64,000 nucleotides of DNA, taken from positions 34,077 through 98,076 of the forward strand of contig JAJYDJ010000004.1 in NCBI GenBank assembly GCA_021777565.1, given 5' to 3'. The notes under the pieces were generated by a model. That model ran no database searches and was not told the DNA's origin. It saw nothing but the letters and a program-made list of their open reading frames with translations. Positions within the stretch are counted from its first letter, which is position 1; each line of letters starts with the position of its first letter. The position numbers and the translations under genes were made by a program. This document shows, piece after piece, positions 9,210 to 18,122 of the stretch. Origin of the DNA: a bacterium (GTDB lineage Bacteria; Patescibacteriota; Microgenomatia; Levybacterales; UBA12049).

Positions 9210-10511
9210 ATGCATCACGAAGTACTCTCAAATGGCGTTCATGTTTTTCTCTATCCACTGCACGAGATAAAGTCAGTGCACATGCATGTATTTGCCAAGG
9301 GAGGCAGTCTCATGGAAAATCCAGAGAAAAATGGTCTGGCACACTTCATGGAACACATGCTTTTGCAGGGGACACCTCATTTTAAGAACGCTCATGAGAT
9401 TTCCCACTATATTGAGACGCTTGCAGGATCATTCAATGCCTATACCAATGATCGTGAGATCTCTTTTCACGTGAGTCTTCCCTATACCTACACAAAAGAA
9501 GCCATAGATCTGGCCTATGATATCTGGTTCTCCTCAACATTCCCAGAAGATGCTTTCGTGAAAGAAAAACGAGCGGTGTTATCTGAGGCAGCACAGAGGC
9601 TGGATGGGTTAGGCTATAAGCTTGGCAAATTTGGTAAAGATATGCGTTTTAAAGAAGGCACCAAACTCCGCCAGTTTACCATCGGTCTTCCAGAAGTGAT
9701 TCAAAAAATTCAACTGGAGGATACCGTAAATTACTGGAAACAGTTTTTCACCACAGATAATACCTATGTGTTGGTTATCGGCAATATGGATATAGAAGAG
9801 GTCAAAAAGCAAATTCAGGCTACCTTTGGGTCCGTTGAAAAAACAAGCGCGCCTACACTTTTCACAAGTATATCTGGTTCTGACTTTGCCCCAAGTGGCG
9901 TGTATATCAATCACGACGAGAAGTTACAAAGTAATTATGTAGACATCTCTATCCCATCCTTGCCTCTTGAGACAGAAAGAAGAAAATTAATGACTGCTGG
10001 CCTTGCGACGACTATCTTTGGAGGATTGACCTCAAGCAGACTCCAGAAAGTCCTGCGCTGGGAGAAAGGTTTGGTATACGGTGCATCAATAGACTCCTAT
10101 GCGATCCCACACCTGGGCGAGACGTCCTGCTCGACTGAAATGCGCAGTGAACAGTACTACGAAGCCATGGAGTTAATGACAGATCTTCTGGTCGAGTTCA
10201 TGCACAAAGGACCAACTGATGATGAGATGGCACATGCCAAACAATACATTCACGACAGGCGCCTGATGGTTTTTGATGAACCCTCCCGCATCGTCGGCTG
10301 GTTCAAACATGAATTCCTGTGGCGAGATAAGATCATGATGCCAGAGGAGACACTCGAGATTCTCAAAACCATTACCAAAGAAGAAGTAAATGCGGTTCTT
10401 TCAGAACTTAACGTGAGTGGTGCACAGATCATCCAACAAGGGCCACAGGCTGATGATGCCAAACTTCGTGGTTTTCTTGAGACACAGCTCACAAAAATTC
10501 AAGCAAAATAG
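9210..10511 (+). CDS. M16-family zinc peptidase (pitrilysin/insulinase-like)
   Basis: 433 aa. Inverted zinc motif HFMEH (HxxEH) near the N-terminus, followed by ...E. Two-domain M16 architecture. Confidence 0.8.
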   Translation: MHHEVLSNGVHVFLYPLHEIKSVHMHVFAKGGSLMENPEKNGLAHFMEHMLLQGTPHFKNAHEISHYIETLAGSFNAYTNDREISFHVSLPYTYTKEAIDLAYDIWFSSTFPEDAFVKEKRAVLSEAAQRLDGLGYKLGKFGKDMRFKEGTKLRQFTIGLPEVIQKIQLEDTVNYWKQFFTTDNTYVLVIGNMDIEEVKKQIQATFGSVEKTSAPTLFTSISGSDFAPSGVYINHDEKLQSNYVDISIPSLPLETERRKLMTAGLATTIFGGLTSSRLQKVLRWEKGLVYGASIDSYAIPHLGETSCSTEMRSEQYYEAMELMTDLLVEFMHKGPTDDEMAHAKQYIHDRRLMVFDEPSRIVGWFKHEFLWRDKIMMPEETLEILKTITKEEVNAVLSELNVSGAQIIQQGPQADDAKLRGFLETQLTKIQAK

Positions 10512-10551
10512 GTTGTCTTGAAGCCATAATCGTGCTATACTCCCAGATGTT

Positions 10552-10600
10552 GATGAGGATCCACTTCCCCCCACTTCCTTGCCGGATCCTCCTCAATTTT
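10552..10600 (+). terminator. candidate intrinsic terminator downstream of the M16 peptidase gene
   Basis: Inverted repeat GAGGATCC...GGATCCTC with a ~21-nt loop that holds a CACTTCC x2 direct repeat, followed by AATTTTTTT. Confidence 0.4.
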
Positions 10601-10855
10601 TTTCAACGCACATTTACACATCGTACCCTTCATCTGTATGAAGAGATCACTCTTCAGGCACATGAATGTAATGGAATACCCCTGCACAAGCGCAGAGACT
10701 ATTTCTGGCATTTACTTTGAGGTATGGTGTGTAAATAAGGCGTATGACTTCCCCTAGAGCCTACTTCGTAGTAAAATACATATATCCTTTATTCCTGTCG
10801 GATCGCCCGCCTGGGATCGATGACAGTATGAGGGAGGTTTGATATATCTCAATAA

Positions 10856-10926
10856 TGCCGGATCGTCTAATGGTAGGACAACGGACTCTGAATCCGTTTA
10901 TCTTGGTTCGAATCCAGGTCCGGCAG
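10856..10926 (+). tRNA. tRNA-Gln (anticodon CTG)
   Basis: Folded by hand. Acceptor TGCCGGA/TCCGGCA (7 bp), D-stem GTCT/GGAC with loop AATGGTA, anticodon stem ACGGA/TCCGT with loop CTCTGAA (U33, CTG, A37), variable TTAT, T-stem CTTGG/CCAGG with loop TTCGAAT, discriminator G. CCA is not encoded. Confidence 0.8.
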
Positions 10927-12642
10927 CAAGCTTGAAATAGCCTCATCAGAACCACACTTTTGGGTTACTAAATCAATGGAATCGCCAGGTTCGATTGTCT
11001 CCAGAACTTTAATATAGTTTTTCTTCATATTAGATAACACAATCCACGGTTCGTATTGATGTATCGATAAAATCTTATCAGTCAGTGTTAGGTTCGATCC
11101 GAGGGCGTGGAGTATAGCTCGCTTCTGTTCAGTTGTTCCTTTTTTAAACCAAATGTGCGCGTAGGTAGCAAAATTAAATGTCTGCTCACATAGTTCTAAC
11201 CACTCATCAGCGCGTTTATCTGTCTGAGCAACATTGGTGCGCACTTGCTTCTGCTCTTCTAGAAGGTTTGTCTTTTTATGCGTATATTCTTCATCAGTAA
11301 TGAAGCCTTTCAGTCGCATACTCAAGAGCTCATCAAGTTGCTTTTGTACGTCAGTATCTACAGATTGCAAGTTTTTCTTAATCGTAGTTCTTTCATGTAC
11401 TTCGTTCTTATGCAACTCCTGTAACCACTTAATTGCCCACTTACTAAATCCCTCAGGAATAGCAAACTGATCAATCAAGGCATTTACTTGTTCTTCAAAT
11501 TGAGTGACCACAAGGGAAGTTTGTTTGCATTTCTCTCCATCAGCTAACATTTTCTTTGTACAATGAAGCCACGTGTAGTGAAGAATGGTAGGATTTCTCA
11601 TTTCAGCAATCTTTTTTCCACACTGAATGCACTCATCTCTGTCCTGTGCTTTATGGAATTTCGTTTTACATATAGGGCAGATAATCTGCCATTTCTCTTC
11701 CATGGTAATATCACCACCACATTTGCCACACGTCATTTCTCCTGTGTATGCCCATTGTTTAGGTGTCAACCGTCTGTTTGCTTTCTTCCCAAGAAGGACC
11801 TGGATGGTGTCAAATTCTTCCTTTTTCATGAGAGGTTGGAAGTTGGCTGCAAACTCGCCTTCAGCTCGTACGATATGACCATAGTACTTTGGATCAGATA
11901 GTAACTTGTACCATGTACTCTTTGCCAGTGGGTTTCCACCCATTCTTTTTGTTTTTCTTGTGCGATATCCCCACTCATTGTTTAAAATATTTAGTGCTTC
12001 TATTGGTGTATGTGTCTTATTCAGAATAAGGGTAACTGCGTTATGTAGGAGTTGAAAACGATCCTTATCAACTCCCTGTATGTATTCATCGCGGTCATTC
12101 TTTATGTGGACATACCCTTGCGAGAGAGAACCACTCGGAATATACCCTGCTTTGAGTTTTGTTCTATTGCCACGCTTAACAACCTCACTTTTGTCATCAC
12201 TGTCTCTGGTTGCTCTAGTAAATTCATTCATCAAATATTCCTTATCTCGTGGAGAATTTTCAAAAACACCATGGGGAGTAACGACAATCTTTAGCTTTCC
12301 ATCAGACATGAGTTGCGTAAATCTGCCACCATCGGCGTAATTTCTCGCAATACGATTTGGGTGCCAAACCATAACGGCATCGACCTGTCCTTGTTCAATA
12401 AGGTCAATAAGTGCTTGAAATTGTGATCGTCCCATTTTGAAAGCTGATTGTTTTTCTTCAAAAACATGAATCATTGCAAGGGGAAGTTGAAATTTATTCA
12501 CAATATCACTTATTAAATCTTCTTTTTGTCCTTCAATGGAGCGAAGTTGTTTATCTTCATTGTCCTCGGTGGATTTACGAAGATACATACCAAATCTGTA
12601 TGTCTTTAGTTTTTGTTGGAGTGTGTAATCAAAAAATGCCAT
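10867..12642 (-). CDS. large serine recombinase (integrase) of the integrated element
   Basis: 591 aa. N-terminal resolvase-type catalytic domain with YLRKSTEDNE (catalytic Ser), a long recombinase domain and a Cys-rich zinc ribbon (CGKCGG...CPICK...CIQCGK). The last ~20 codons overlap the tRNA-Gln gene in antisense. Confidence 0.85.
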   Translation of the reverse strand: MAFFDYTLQQKLKTYRFGMYLRKSTEDNEDKQLRSIEGQKEDLISDIVNKFQLPLAMIHVFEEKQSAFKMGRSQFQALIDLIEQGQVDAVMVWHPNRIARNYADGGRFTQLMSDGKLKIVVTPHGVFENSPRDKEYLMNEFTRATRDSDDKSEVVKRGNRTKLKAGYIPSGSLSQGYVHIKNDRDEYIQGVDKDRFQLLHNAVTLILNKTHTPIEALNILNNEWGYRTRKTKRMGGNPLAKSTWYKLLSDPKYYGHIVRAEGEFAANFQPLMKKEEFDTIQVLLGKKANRRLTPKQWAYTGEMTCGKCGGDITMEEKWQIICPICKTKFHKAQDRDECIQCGKKIAEMRNPTILHYTWLHCTKKMLADGEKCKQTSLVVTQFEEQVNALIDQFAIPEGFSKWAIKWLQELHKNEVHERTTIKKNLQSVDTDVQKQLDELLSMRLKGFITDEEYTHKKTNLLEEQKQVRTNVAQTDKRADEWLELCEQTFNFATYAHIWFKKGTTEQKRAILHALGSNLTLTDKILSIHQYEPWIVLSNMKKNYIKVLETIEPGDSIDLVTQKCGSDEAISSLLPDLDSNQDKRIQSPLSYH

Positions 12643-12659
12643 AGGTAATAAAAAATAGC

Positions 12660-14096
12660 TTACGGATAATAGCCGCTTTCTCTGGCTGTTTTCTCCACTA
12701 TCGTATCATACATCTCATTGCATTTCTCTTCGTCGGGAACCATGTCTTGATGAAACAGAAATGACGAAAATTCCTCAAGTTCTCCCGTGGAAAACAACTC
12801 TTTGAATAACTCGTGAAGCGCATGCATAGCCGTATTGTGATGTATCAACACCTCTTTGGCTTCCTTCTGTGCATGAGCTATGGTCTTCTCTCCTAAAATT
12901 TCCATGTCATCAAAAAAGTCATGTTCAATGCGGGAGATGACGTGCGAATACGTTTGTATGAGTTGGTACACCACCATCATGTTGGCTAAGAGGTGTTGTA
13001 TTGTTGTTAGTGTTTCCTTATTTTTGAATGTGTAGGTTGTTGCTCTGTCATTTATCTTATGCGGCTTCAAGAGTGTCATACTTTCCAGAAGATCTGAGAT
13101 ATGGGAAAGTTCTATATCATATAATGATTCTTCTCCAGAATCTCGTATATAAAAGCTATCAACCGAGGCAGCATAGCGACGAAATTCTCCATGCGAATCA
13201 TATTCACCAATCTCATATGTTCCAATATCATCAACGTACCGTTGCAGCCACGTATCTGAAAACAGATGCATGTTGTTATAGATACTTTTGATCAGAATAC
13301 CTTCTTTGTCATCTTCTTGTCCTTTTTGTAAAACTCCCTGGGCTGTAAGGCTTTGTATGCGATCACATTGCTCTTTGTATACTTGCTCGTAGGCTCTCTG
13401 TACTTCTGGTGTTACCATTTGTGAAAAATGGACTGTCTTCTCAATATATTCACTTATTTCATCATCAGTAATCTCTTCAGACTTATTTTTCGTTTCTTTC
13501 GCAAGGGTAAATCGTATCCAGTCCGCATGTTGCGTAACATACTCCTCAAGAAGCTCATCCTGTGTTTTATGCATGTTTTCCAGTGCATCCTCAAGAGATT
13601 CTGTATATGGATAGTCTTGTTTGTTTATTACGCCTTGTTTTAGGAGGGTATAGTATGTCTCAGATATGGCAATCCTCTCAATTTCAATAGTTTCATTGAG
13701 CCTTCTTTGTTTTTCTTCATCTAGCTTTTGCTGATACATATCAGGAGAGATAAATATGGGGAATATTCTTTGCGTTTTGTGAATGTTTCTCGCCAGATGA
13801 TCTACAAGCATCATATAGTGGAGTTTATCCAGCAGTGCACTTTGTCGCTCGAGCTCAATCATACTAGTGCCTAAATCCACTTGGACAAATGATACTCGCT
13901 TATACAGCGTAGTATAGAAATTATATGCTCGTGCTTGTGCTATTGATAATGCATTGATAAGTGTTTTTCGCTCATTCTCATAGCTTTTACTAGCTTCATC
14001 CTCTTTGAGGATATATCCAATAACAAGCTGTGCCGTTTCTTTGGCTGTTAATGCTTGTCCGAGTTGGTTTAGCTTTTTTAAGTCAAAATGAGTCAT
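12660..14096 (-). CDS. hypothetical protein (island; helical, E/K-rich)
   Basis: 478-aa ORF immediately downstream of the recombinase on the same strand. I recognise no motif. Confidence 0.45.
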   Translation of the reverse strand: MTHFDLKKLNQLGQALTAKETAQLVIGYILKEDEASKSYENERKTLINALSIAQARAYNFYTTLYKRVSFVQVDLGTSMIELERQSALLDKLHYMMLVDHLARNIHKTQRIFPIFISPDMYQQKLDEEKQRRLNETIEIERIAISETYYTLLKQGVINKQDYPYTESLEDALENMHKTQDELLEEYVTQHADWIRFTLAKETKNKSEEITDDEISEYIEKTVHFSQMVTPEVQRAYEQVYKEQCDRIQSLTAQGVLQKGQEDDKEGILIKSIYNNMHLFSDTWLQRYVDDIGTYEIGEYDSHGEFRRYAASVDSFYIRDSGEESLYDIELSHISDLLESMTLLKPHKINDRATTYTFKNKETLTTIQHLLANMMVVYQLIQTYSHVISRIEHDFFDDMEILGEKTIAHAQKEAKEVLIHHNTAMHALHELFKELFSTGELEEFSSFLFHQDMVPDEEKCNEMYDTIVEKTARESGYYP

Positions 14097-14099
14097 AGA

Positions 14100-14480
14100 T
14101 TATCTTTTGGTTTTCCTTTCAAGAATAAGTCGATCAACCACTTCCATCTTTTCCTCCAGTTCTGCCACTTCAAATGCCTTAAGTGCAATGCCAAGCAAAT
14201 AACCTAGTGTCGTAGCAATTTTGGGTGGCAGTATGCCACTTCTCACTTCATTCATAACTTGAACAGTTGCCGTGGTTACATCACTAGCTTTGTGTATGGT
14301 AAGAGGTGACAAATCAAGATTGAGTTTTTGATACCCCTCAGATGCGCCACCTTTCTGTACAGCAATTTCTTTTACTTCCTTCATTGCTGGCTCATGGTTG
14401 ATACAGAAAAAGGAGTTATCTACAGCATAACTACCACACTGTTTGCCATTTGTTTTCATATAGTGACACTGTTTATTCAT
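14100..14480 (-). CDS. hypothetical protein with N-terminal Cys/His cluster (zinc-finger-like)
   Basis: 126 aa. N-terminus has CHYMKTNGKQCGSY...FFCINH. Overlaps the flanking genes by 4 bp, which suggests an operon. Confidence 0.4.
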   Translation of the reverse strand: MNKQCHYMKTNGKQCGSYAVDNSFFCINHEPAMKEVKEIAVQKGGASEGYQKLNLDLSPLTIHKASDVTTATVQVMNEVRSGILPPKIATTLGYLLGIALKAFEVAELEEKMEVVDRLILERKTKR

Positions 14481-15922
14481 ATAGTCTTAGGTGAGCTACT
14501 TACGGGGAGGGGGATATCCTCCTCATTATCAAATAGCTTCTGTATAGACGGTTCTGACACTTCTGACGGATTTTCTTCACACATAACTTCGCAAGTATCC
14601 TTTTCGTCCGTAGACTCATTATCTGCTTCAGGATATGTTTTTTCACTGTCAGAACTGTCAGATGTGCCAAGAAGACCATAACTCATGGCAAGTTTTGTCA
14701 GAAGCTCTTCATCATAGAGAATTCCCCGTTGCCCTTGTGTCCCTCGCTTTTTAAGAAATCCAAGCCCTTTAAGTATTCTTCCGATGGTTTCGTGAGTAAG
14801 CGTAAACCGTGTGTCACGTGTGGCATTGATCTTGTTTGCCACCAGATCTGTTGGCAAGAATGCATCACATACATCGTATTTGAGTGCAATCAGTGCTTCT
14901 AAGACATGTGCTTCTATACTATCAATGGCATCTTCTTTTTTCTGGGTATCAATAAGGGCAATGAGGCGCAAAAATGTTTCTTTTTTCTCGGGGAAGAAGG
15001 TGAGTACCAATTGATAAAGTGGAGACATAATATCACCAAATCTGCCTTGTGCTGGCTTTTCTGCAGCCACAAGAGGAGTAGCAATATGGGCAATACGAAA
15101 CGCTGTGAGCCTATCTTTGAGTGGTTGTGCATATTCTGGGAGCACTTTGTTGCTAAATGACTTGTTTGATGGCTTCATGTCTACAGCAATGCTTCGTGAT
15201 TCCAAAATGTCATCTACTGGTCTATTGGTTGCAATAATGGTTGGCCCAAACAGGTGATAGACCTTGGTATCCTTAAAGGCTCCTTTTTCAGGCCAAAGTG
15301 TGCGAGAAGACACTGATCCTTTTTCAAACCGAGCAAGAAACAAATCATCACAATTTGCTCGCTCTACTTTTTTAGGGAAGTCTTTAATATCAAAACCAAG
15401 AGATGCTTTATGGTCATTACCCCAACGGATAATATCTGCTTCACGAATACATTCTGTGTATACACCGCGTCTGGCAACATAAAGAGCCCCCTTCATGGTT
15501 CTGCTTTTCCCTCGCTCTTTTACTGCATAAAAATACAAGATAGGTGAAAAATGCAATTTGTCCAGTATATACGTATGAAAGTCCCATAGGACAAGCAGAT
15601 GATAATACAATTCGTGAGGGAGATCAGAAATATGTTTGTGATAGGCAAGCAAGTCCTCGTAGAGCCTTATGTCTTCTGTACATTCCTGTTCTGCATGATG
15701 ACTCAATGCTTGAGATAACCCTTCTTTGTCTGCAAAGGTATAAGGACATGCCTCAAGAGGTGGTGGGGCACAAATCATATCATCCAGTTCAATCTGATCA
15801 GTCAGTTTATTGTCTGTCATCAGGTAACGAAGCTTCCCCTGATCATTGATCACATCAATAACTCCTGGGATATCCAGTGCGTATATGATTTTCTTTGGTT
15901 TTTCTGTGTTAGCTTTTTCCAT
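14477..15922 (-). CDS. hypothetical protein (island; possible replication/primase-associated, acidic C-terminal tail)
   Basis: 481 aa. Only a degenerate P-loop-like KERGKSRT. I cannot assign a family. Confidence 0.35.
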   Translation of the reverse strand: MEKANTEKPKKIIYALDIPGVIDVINDQGKLRYLMTDNKLTDQIELDDMICAPPPLEACPYTFADKEGLSQALSHHAEQECTEDIRLYEDLLAYHKHISDLPHELYYHLLVLWDFHTYILDKLHFSPILYFYAVKERGKSRTMKGALYVARRGVYTECIREADIIRWGNDHKASLGFDIKDFPKKVERANCDDLFLARFEKGSVSSRTLWPEKGAFKDTKVYHLFGPTIIATNRPVDDILESRSIAVDMKPSNKSFSNKVLPEYAQPLKDRLTAFRIAHIATPLVAAEKPAQGRFGDIMSPLYQLVLTFFPEKKETFLRLIALIDTQKKEDAIDSIEAHVLEALIALKYDVCDAFLPTDLVANKINATRDTRFTLTHETIGRILKGLGFLKKRGTQGQRGILYDEELLTKLAMSYGLLGTSDSSDSEKTYPEADNESTDEKDTCEVMCEENPSEVSEPSIQKLFDNEEDIPLPVSSSPKTI

Positions 15923-16100
15923 ATGCTTTTATGTACTCGTCAAAGGCGAGTGATTTATATTGATAAATCAGGTACTTTATTTGTTGTTTTTCTACATTTT
16001 TCTCTTTGATATATGCAATATGTGCATCAACTGCCTCATCCAAAAGCACATCAAGAACAGCAAGGAATGTTTGGACATTGTGAGTAAATGACAAATTCAT
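15909..16100 (-). CDS. small hypothetical protein (island)
   Basis: 63-aa ORF overlapping its neighbours, within the minus-strand island operon. Confidence 0.3.
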   Translation of the reverse strand: MNLSFTHNVQTFLAVLDVLLDEAVDAHIAYIKEKNVEKQQIKYLIYQYKSLAFDEYIKAYGKS

Positions 16101-16336
16101 ATTGATTCCTTCCCCTTTTTTGTGATCTTTATGCGTTGTTTCTCATTGATCCAAGCTTTTTGGATAGGACGGTAGATGGCATGAAATAGTCCCAGGAGCT
16201 TTTCTCCCTGCGTAAGAGCCTCTTCATAGGAGATGGCCTTGCCATACTGCTTTTGATACAGCACTTGGTACTCAAGAATAGCTTCACGAGGGAGTGTAAC
16301 GTTATTCACTATATATTCTCCTCTCTGCAAAAACAC
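16097..16336 (-). CDS. small hypothetical protein (island)
   Basis: 79-aa ORF with a 4-bp overlap with the downstream ORF. Confidence 0.3.
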   Translation of the reverse strand: MFLQRGEYIVNNVTLPREAILEYQVLYQKQYGKAISYEEALTQGEKLLGLFHAIYRPIQKAWINEKQRIKITKKGKESI

Positions 16337-16577
16337 GTGCTTTGAGTTCTTTCAAAATATAGAAATATTTTTTAGGAGAAACGGTCAGGGTATCTGCCCA
16401 GAAAGCTTGTATGAGGATATCCAAGTCTCCATTGCCATTTCGTTTAAATACAAAAAGTAAACGATTAGACTCTGTGGGATCCAGATGATCAAGCGAAAAT
16501 CCATAGCAGATGAGTGTTGCTGCCAACGATATTTCACTGGTTTTTAGATAGTATTTTTCTTCTTTATTCATACTCAT
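16302..16577 (-). CDS. small hypothetical protein (island)
   Basis: 91-aa ORF and first gene after the repeat-containing intergenic region. A possible Xis-like or regulator role is pure inference. Confidence 0.3.
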   Translation of the reverse strand: MSMNKEEKYYLKTSEISLAATLICYGFSLDHLDPTESNRLLFVFKRNGNGDLDILIQAFWADTLTVSPKKYFYILKELKARVFAERRIYSE

Positions 16578-16637
16578 ATGGTGGCTCGCAGTCGCCTTTG
16601 AGCATGATCAGTATGAATTATGTCTAAATGGAGGTAA

Positions 16638-16684
16638 ACGGAAAAAAAGCGGGAAAATTGTGGAAAAATTCTCGGGAAATTGTA
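16638..16684. repeat. iteron-like phased A-tract direct repeats (~11-bp period)
   Basis: ACGGAAAAAAAGC / GGGAAAATTGT / GGAAAAATTCT / CGGGAAATTGT are tandem imperfect ~11-bp units, one helical turn apart. They lie upstream of the 16302..16577 operon. Confidence 0.45.
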
Positions 16685-16686
16685 CC

Positions 16687-18015
16687 TTATTTCTGAGGTA
16701 AAGCAACTAATTTATATCCAATGTTTGGTATATTAAAGAACATTATGTTAATTTCATCATTAGTCATCTTCGCATTTCTGAGAATTGGTTTTAAGTCATC
16801 CATAATATATTGAGTTGCTCTGTTAGAATCTTCTGACTGGAACGAATTAGATGGAATTTTTGCTTTTACGTCATCATATGTAGTAACGGCTTCTTTATTT
16901 ATTAAGAGTAATCTAAGTAATTTTATTCCTCTGGTACTCGGCCGAATATTTATCTGTGGGTTATCTCTAAATTTGAGTGTCGCTTTTGTTATATTGAGTT
17001 CGAGGCATCCAAAGGAATATATCTCTTCAGAAGGTATAGGCGATTGAGATACATCGCTAGATTTTTTGTTTTGGCTTTCTTGTACTTGGAGGGGTTTCTT
17101 CTCCACAGTATTAGGATTTATATTCCTAGTGTGTGATTTCATTGCCTTTTGAGTATTAAAGCCATCTACATAAACAAAGGCTCTAGGTGGAAGAGTGATG
17201 GTAACCTCGCAATGTCGGGGGGGATAGTATTCTTGAAGGTCACCACCAAAAATTATACTTTTTTGACTTTTGGATGTAACAGTTGGTTTAGAAGCGAAAT
17301 CAATTTTTACATTGTTTATAGTGAAATATCTTTCTCTTTCTAAAAGACGCAAAACATGCATAAACTTATATTTTATATCTGGTCTGTTCTTATCTGGCCG
17401 TAGTAACGAAATTCCTGCAGGATCATCTGTTGGGTTTTGCTTCTCATAAGAGCCTAGTATGGCTTCTGAAATTGTTAAGATACCACTACCATCATCAAAG
17501 TCAGCTTTTTTATCTTCATCCAAAATCTCTTTTATACATTGAAGCACTGTCTTTTTTTGTAACTCCTCGCTATATACATTACCTACTCCCTCAATCTCAT
17601 CATGAAGTGATTCAGCAAATGAGAGTAGTTGCTTATAGCTTACATCCGCTTTATATACCCCCGATTTAATCACTTTAAAGTTTTTGATAACTTTTTCTTT
17701 CTGTAGTGTATCGATGGCATCAAGAGTATCAAATCCTACTCGCCACTGGTCATTGTCTGCAAGTTCTGATGGAGAGAGAAGATCTATACTAAAAAAATCT
17801 GATTTTGGCTCCTTTAACTTCTTTCCAACCTCTGTGAGGTCGGTGACTATTTGCATCAATTCTTCAGAAATACGCTCAGCCTTTTCAAGACCAGTATTTC
17901 TGCCCAGGGGATTGAGTGACAAATCTACAGGAACAGCAAGTTGACCTTCTTGGTCAGAAAGAATCTCTTCTGTAGATTTTTTACCTAAGAATTTATTCAA
18001 TATTTTAATACTCAT
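16687..18015 (-). CDS. hypothetical DNA-binding protein with C-terminal OmpR/PhoB-type winged-helix domain
   Basis: 442 aa. The C-terminal ~80 aa (IKLLRLLLINKEAVTTYDDVKAKIP...IPNIGYKLV) fit the Trans_reg_C pattern: ...LLxxL...V...L....W......V...rLR.kL...GYrL. Confidence 0.4.
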   Translation of the reverse strand: MSIKILNKFLGKKSTEEILSDQEGQLAVPVDLSLNPLGRNTGLEKAERISEELMQIVTDLTEVGKKLKEPKSDFFSIDLLSPSELADNDQWRVGFDTLDAIDTLQKEKVIKNFKVIKSGVYKADVSYKQLLSFAESLHDEIEGVGNVYSEELQKKTVLQCIKEILDEDKKADFDDGSGILTISEAILGSYEKQNPTDDPAGISLLRPDKNRPDIKYKFMHVLRLLERERYFTINNVKIDFASKPTVTSKSQKSIIFGGDLQEYYPPRHCEVTITLPPRAFVYVDGFNTQKAMKSHTRNINPNTVEKKPLQVQESQNKKSSDVSQSPIPSEEIYSFGCLELNITKATLKFRDNPQINIRPSTRGIKLLRLLLINKEAVTTYDDVKAKIPSNSFQSEDSNRATQYIMDDLKPILRNAKMTNDEINIMFFNIPNIGYKLVALPQK

Positions 18016-18122
18016 GAATCTGGCTTGATGATATCAGATCAAAAGTTATGTTACAAATATGGTTACTATCTACAAAGAATGATGAGAATATTAAAACTAT
18101 TATTAGTTTATATAGGAATTTA

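Noticed and set aside
10532-10720. 62-aa ORF between the M16 peptidase gene and tRNA-Gln
   Set aside because: It spans the terminator hairpin, has no motifs and sits in an att-proximal non-coding region. Probably spurious.
10800-10830. TGTCGGATCGCC about 50 nt upstream of the tRNA, resembling the tRNA 5' end (TGCCGGATCGTC)
   Set aside because: A 9-10-nt partial match adjacent to the real gene. Too short to call a duplicated att or tRNA fragment without a statistical search.
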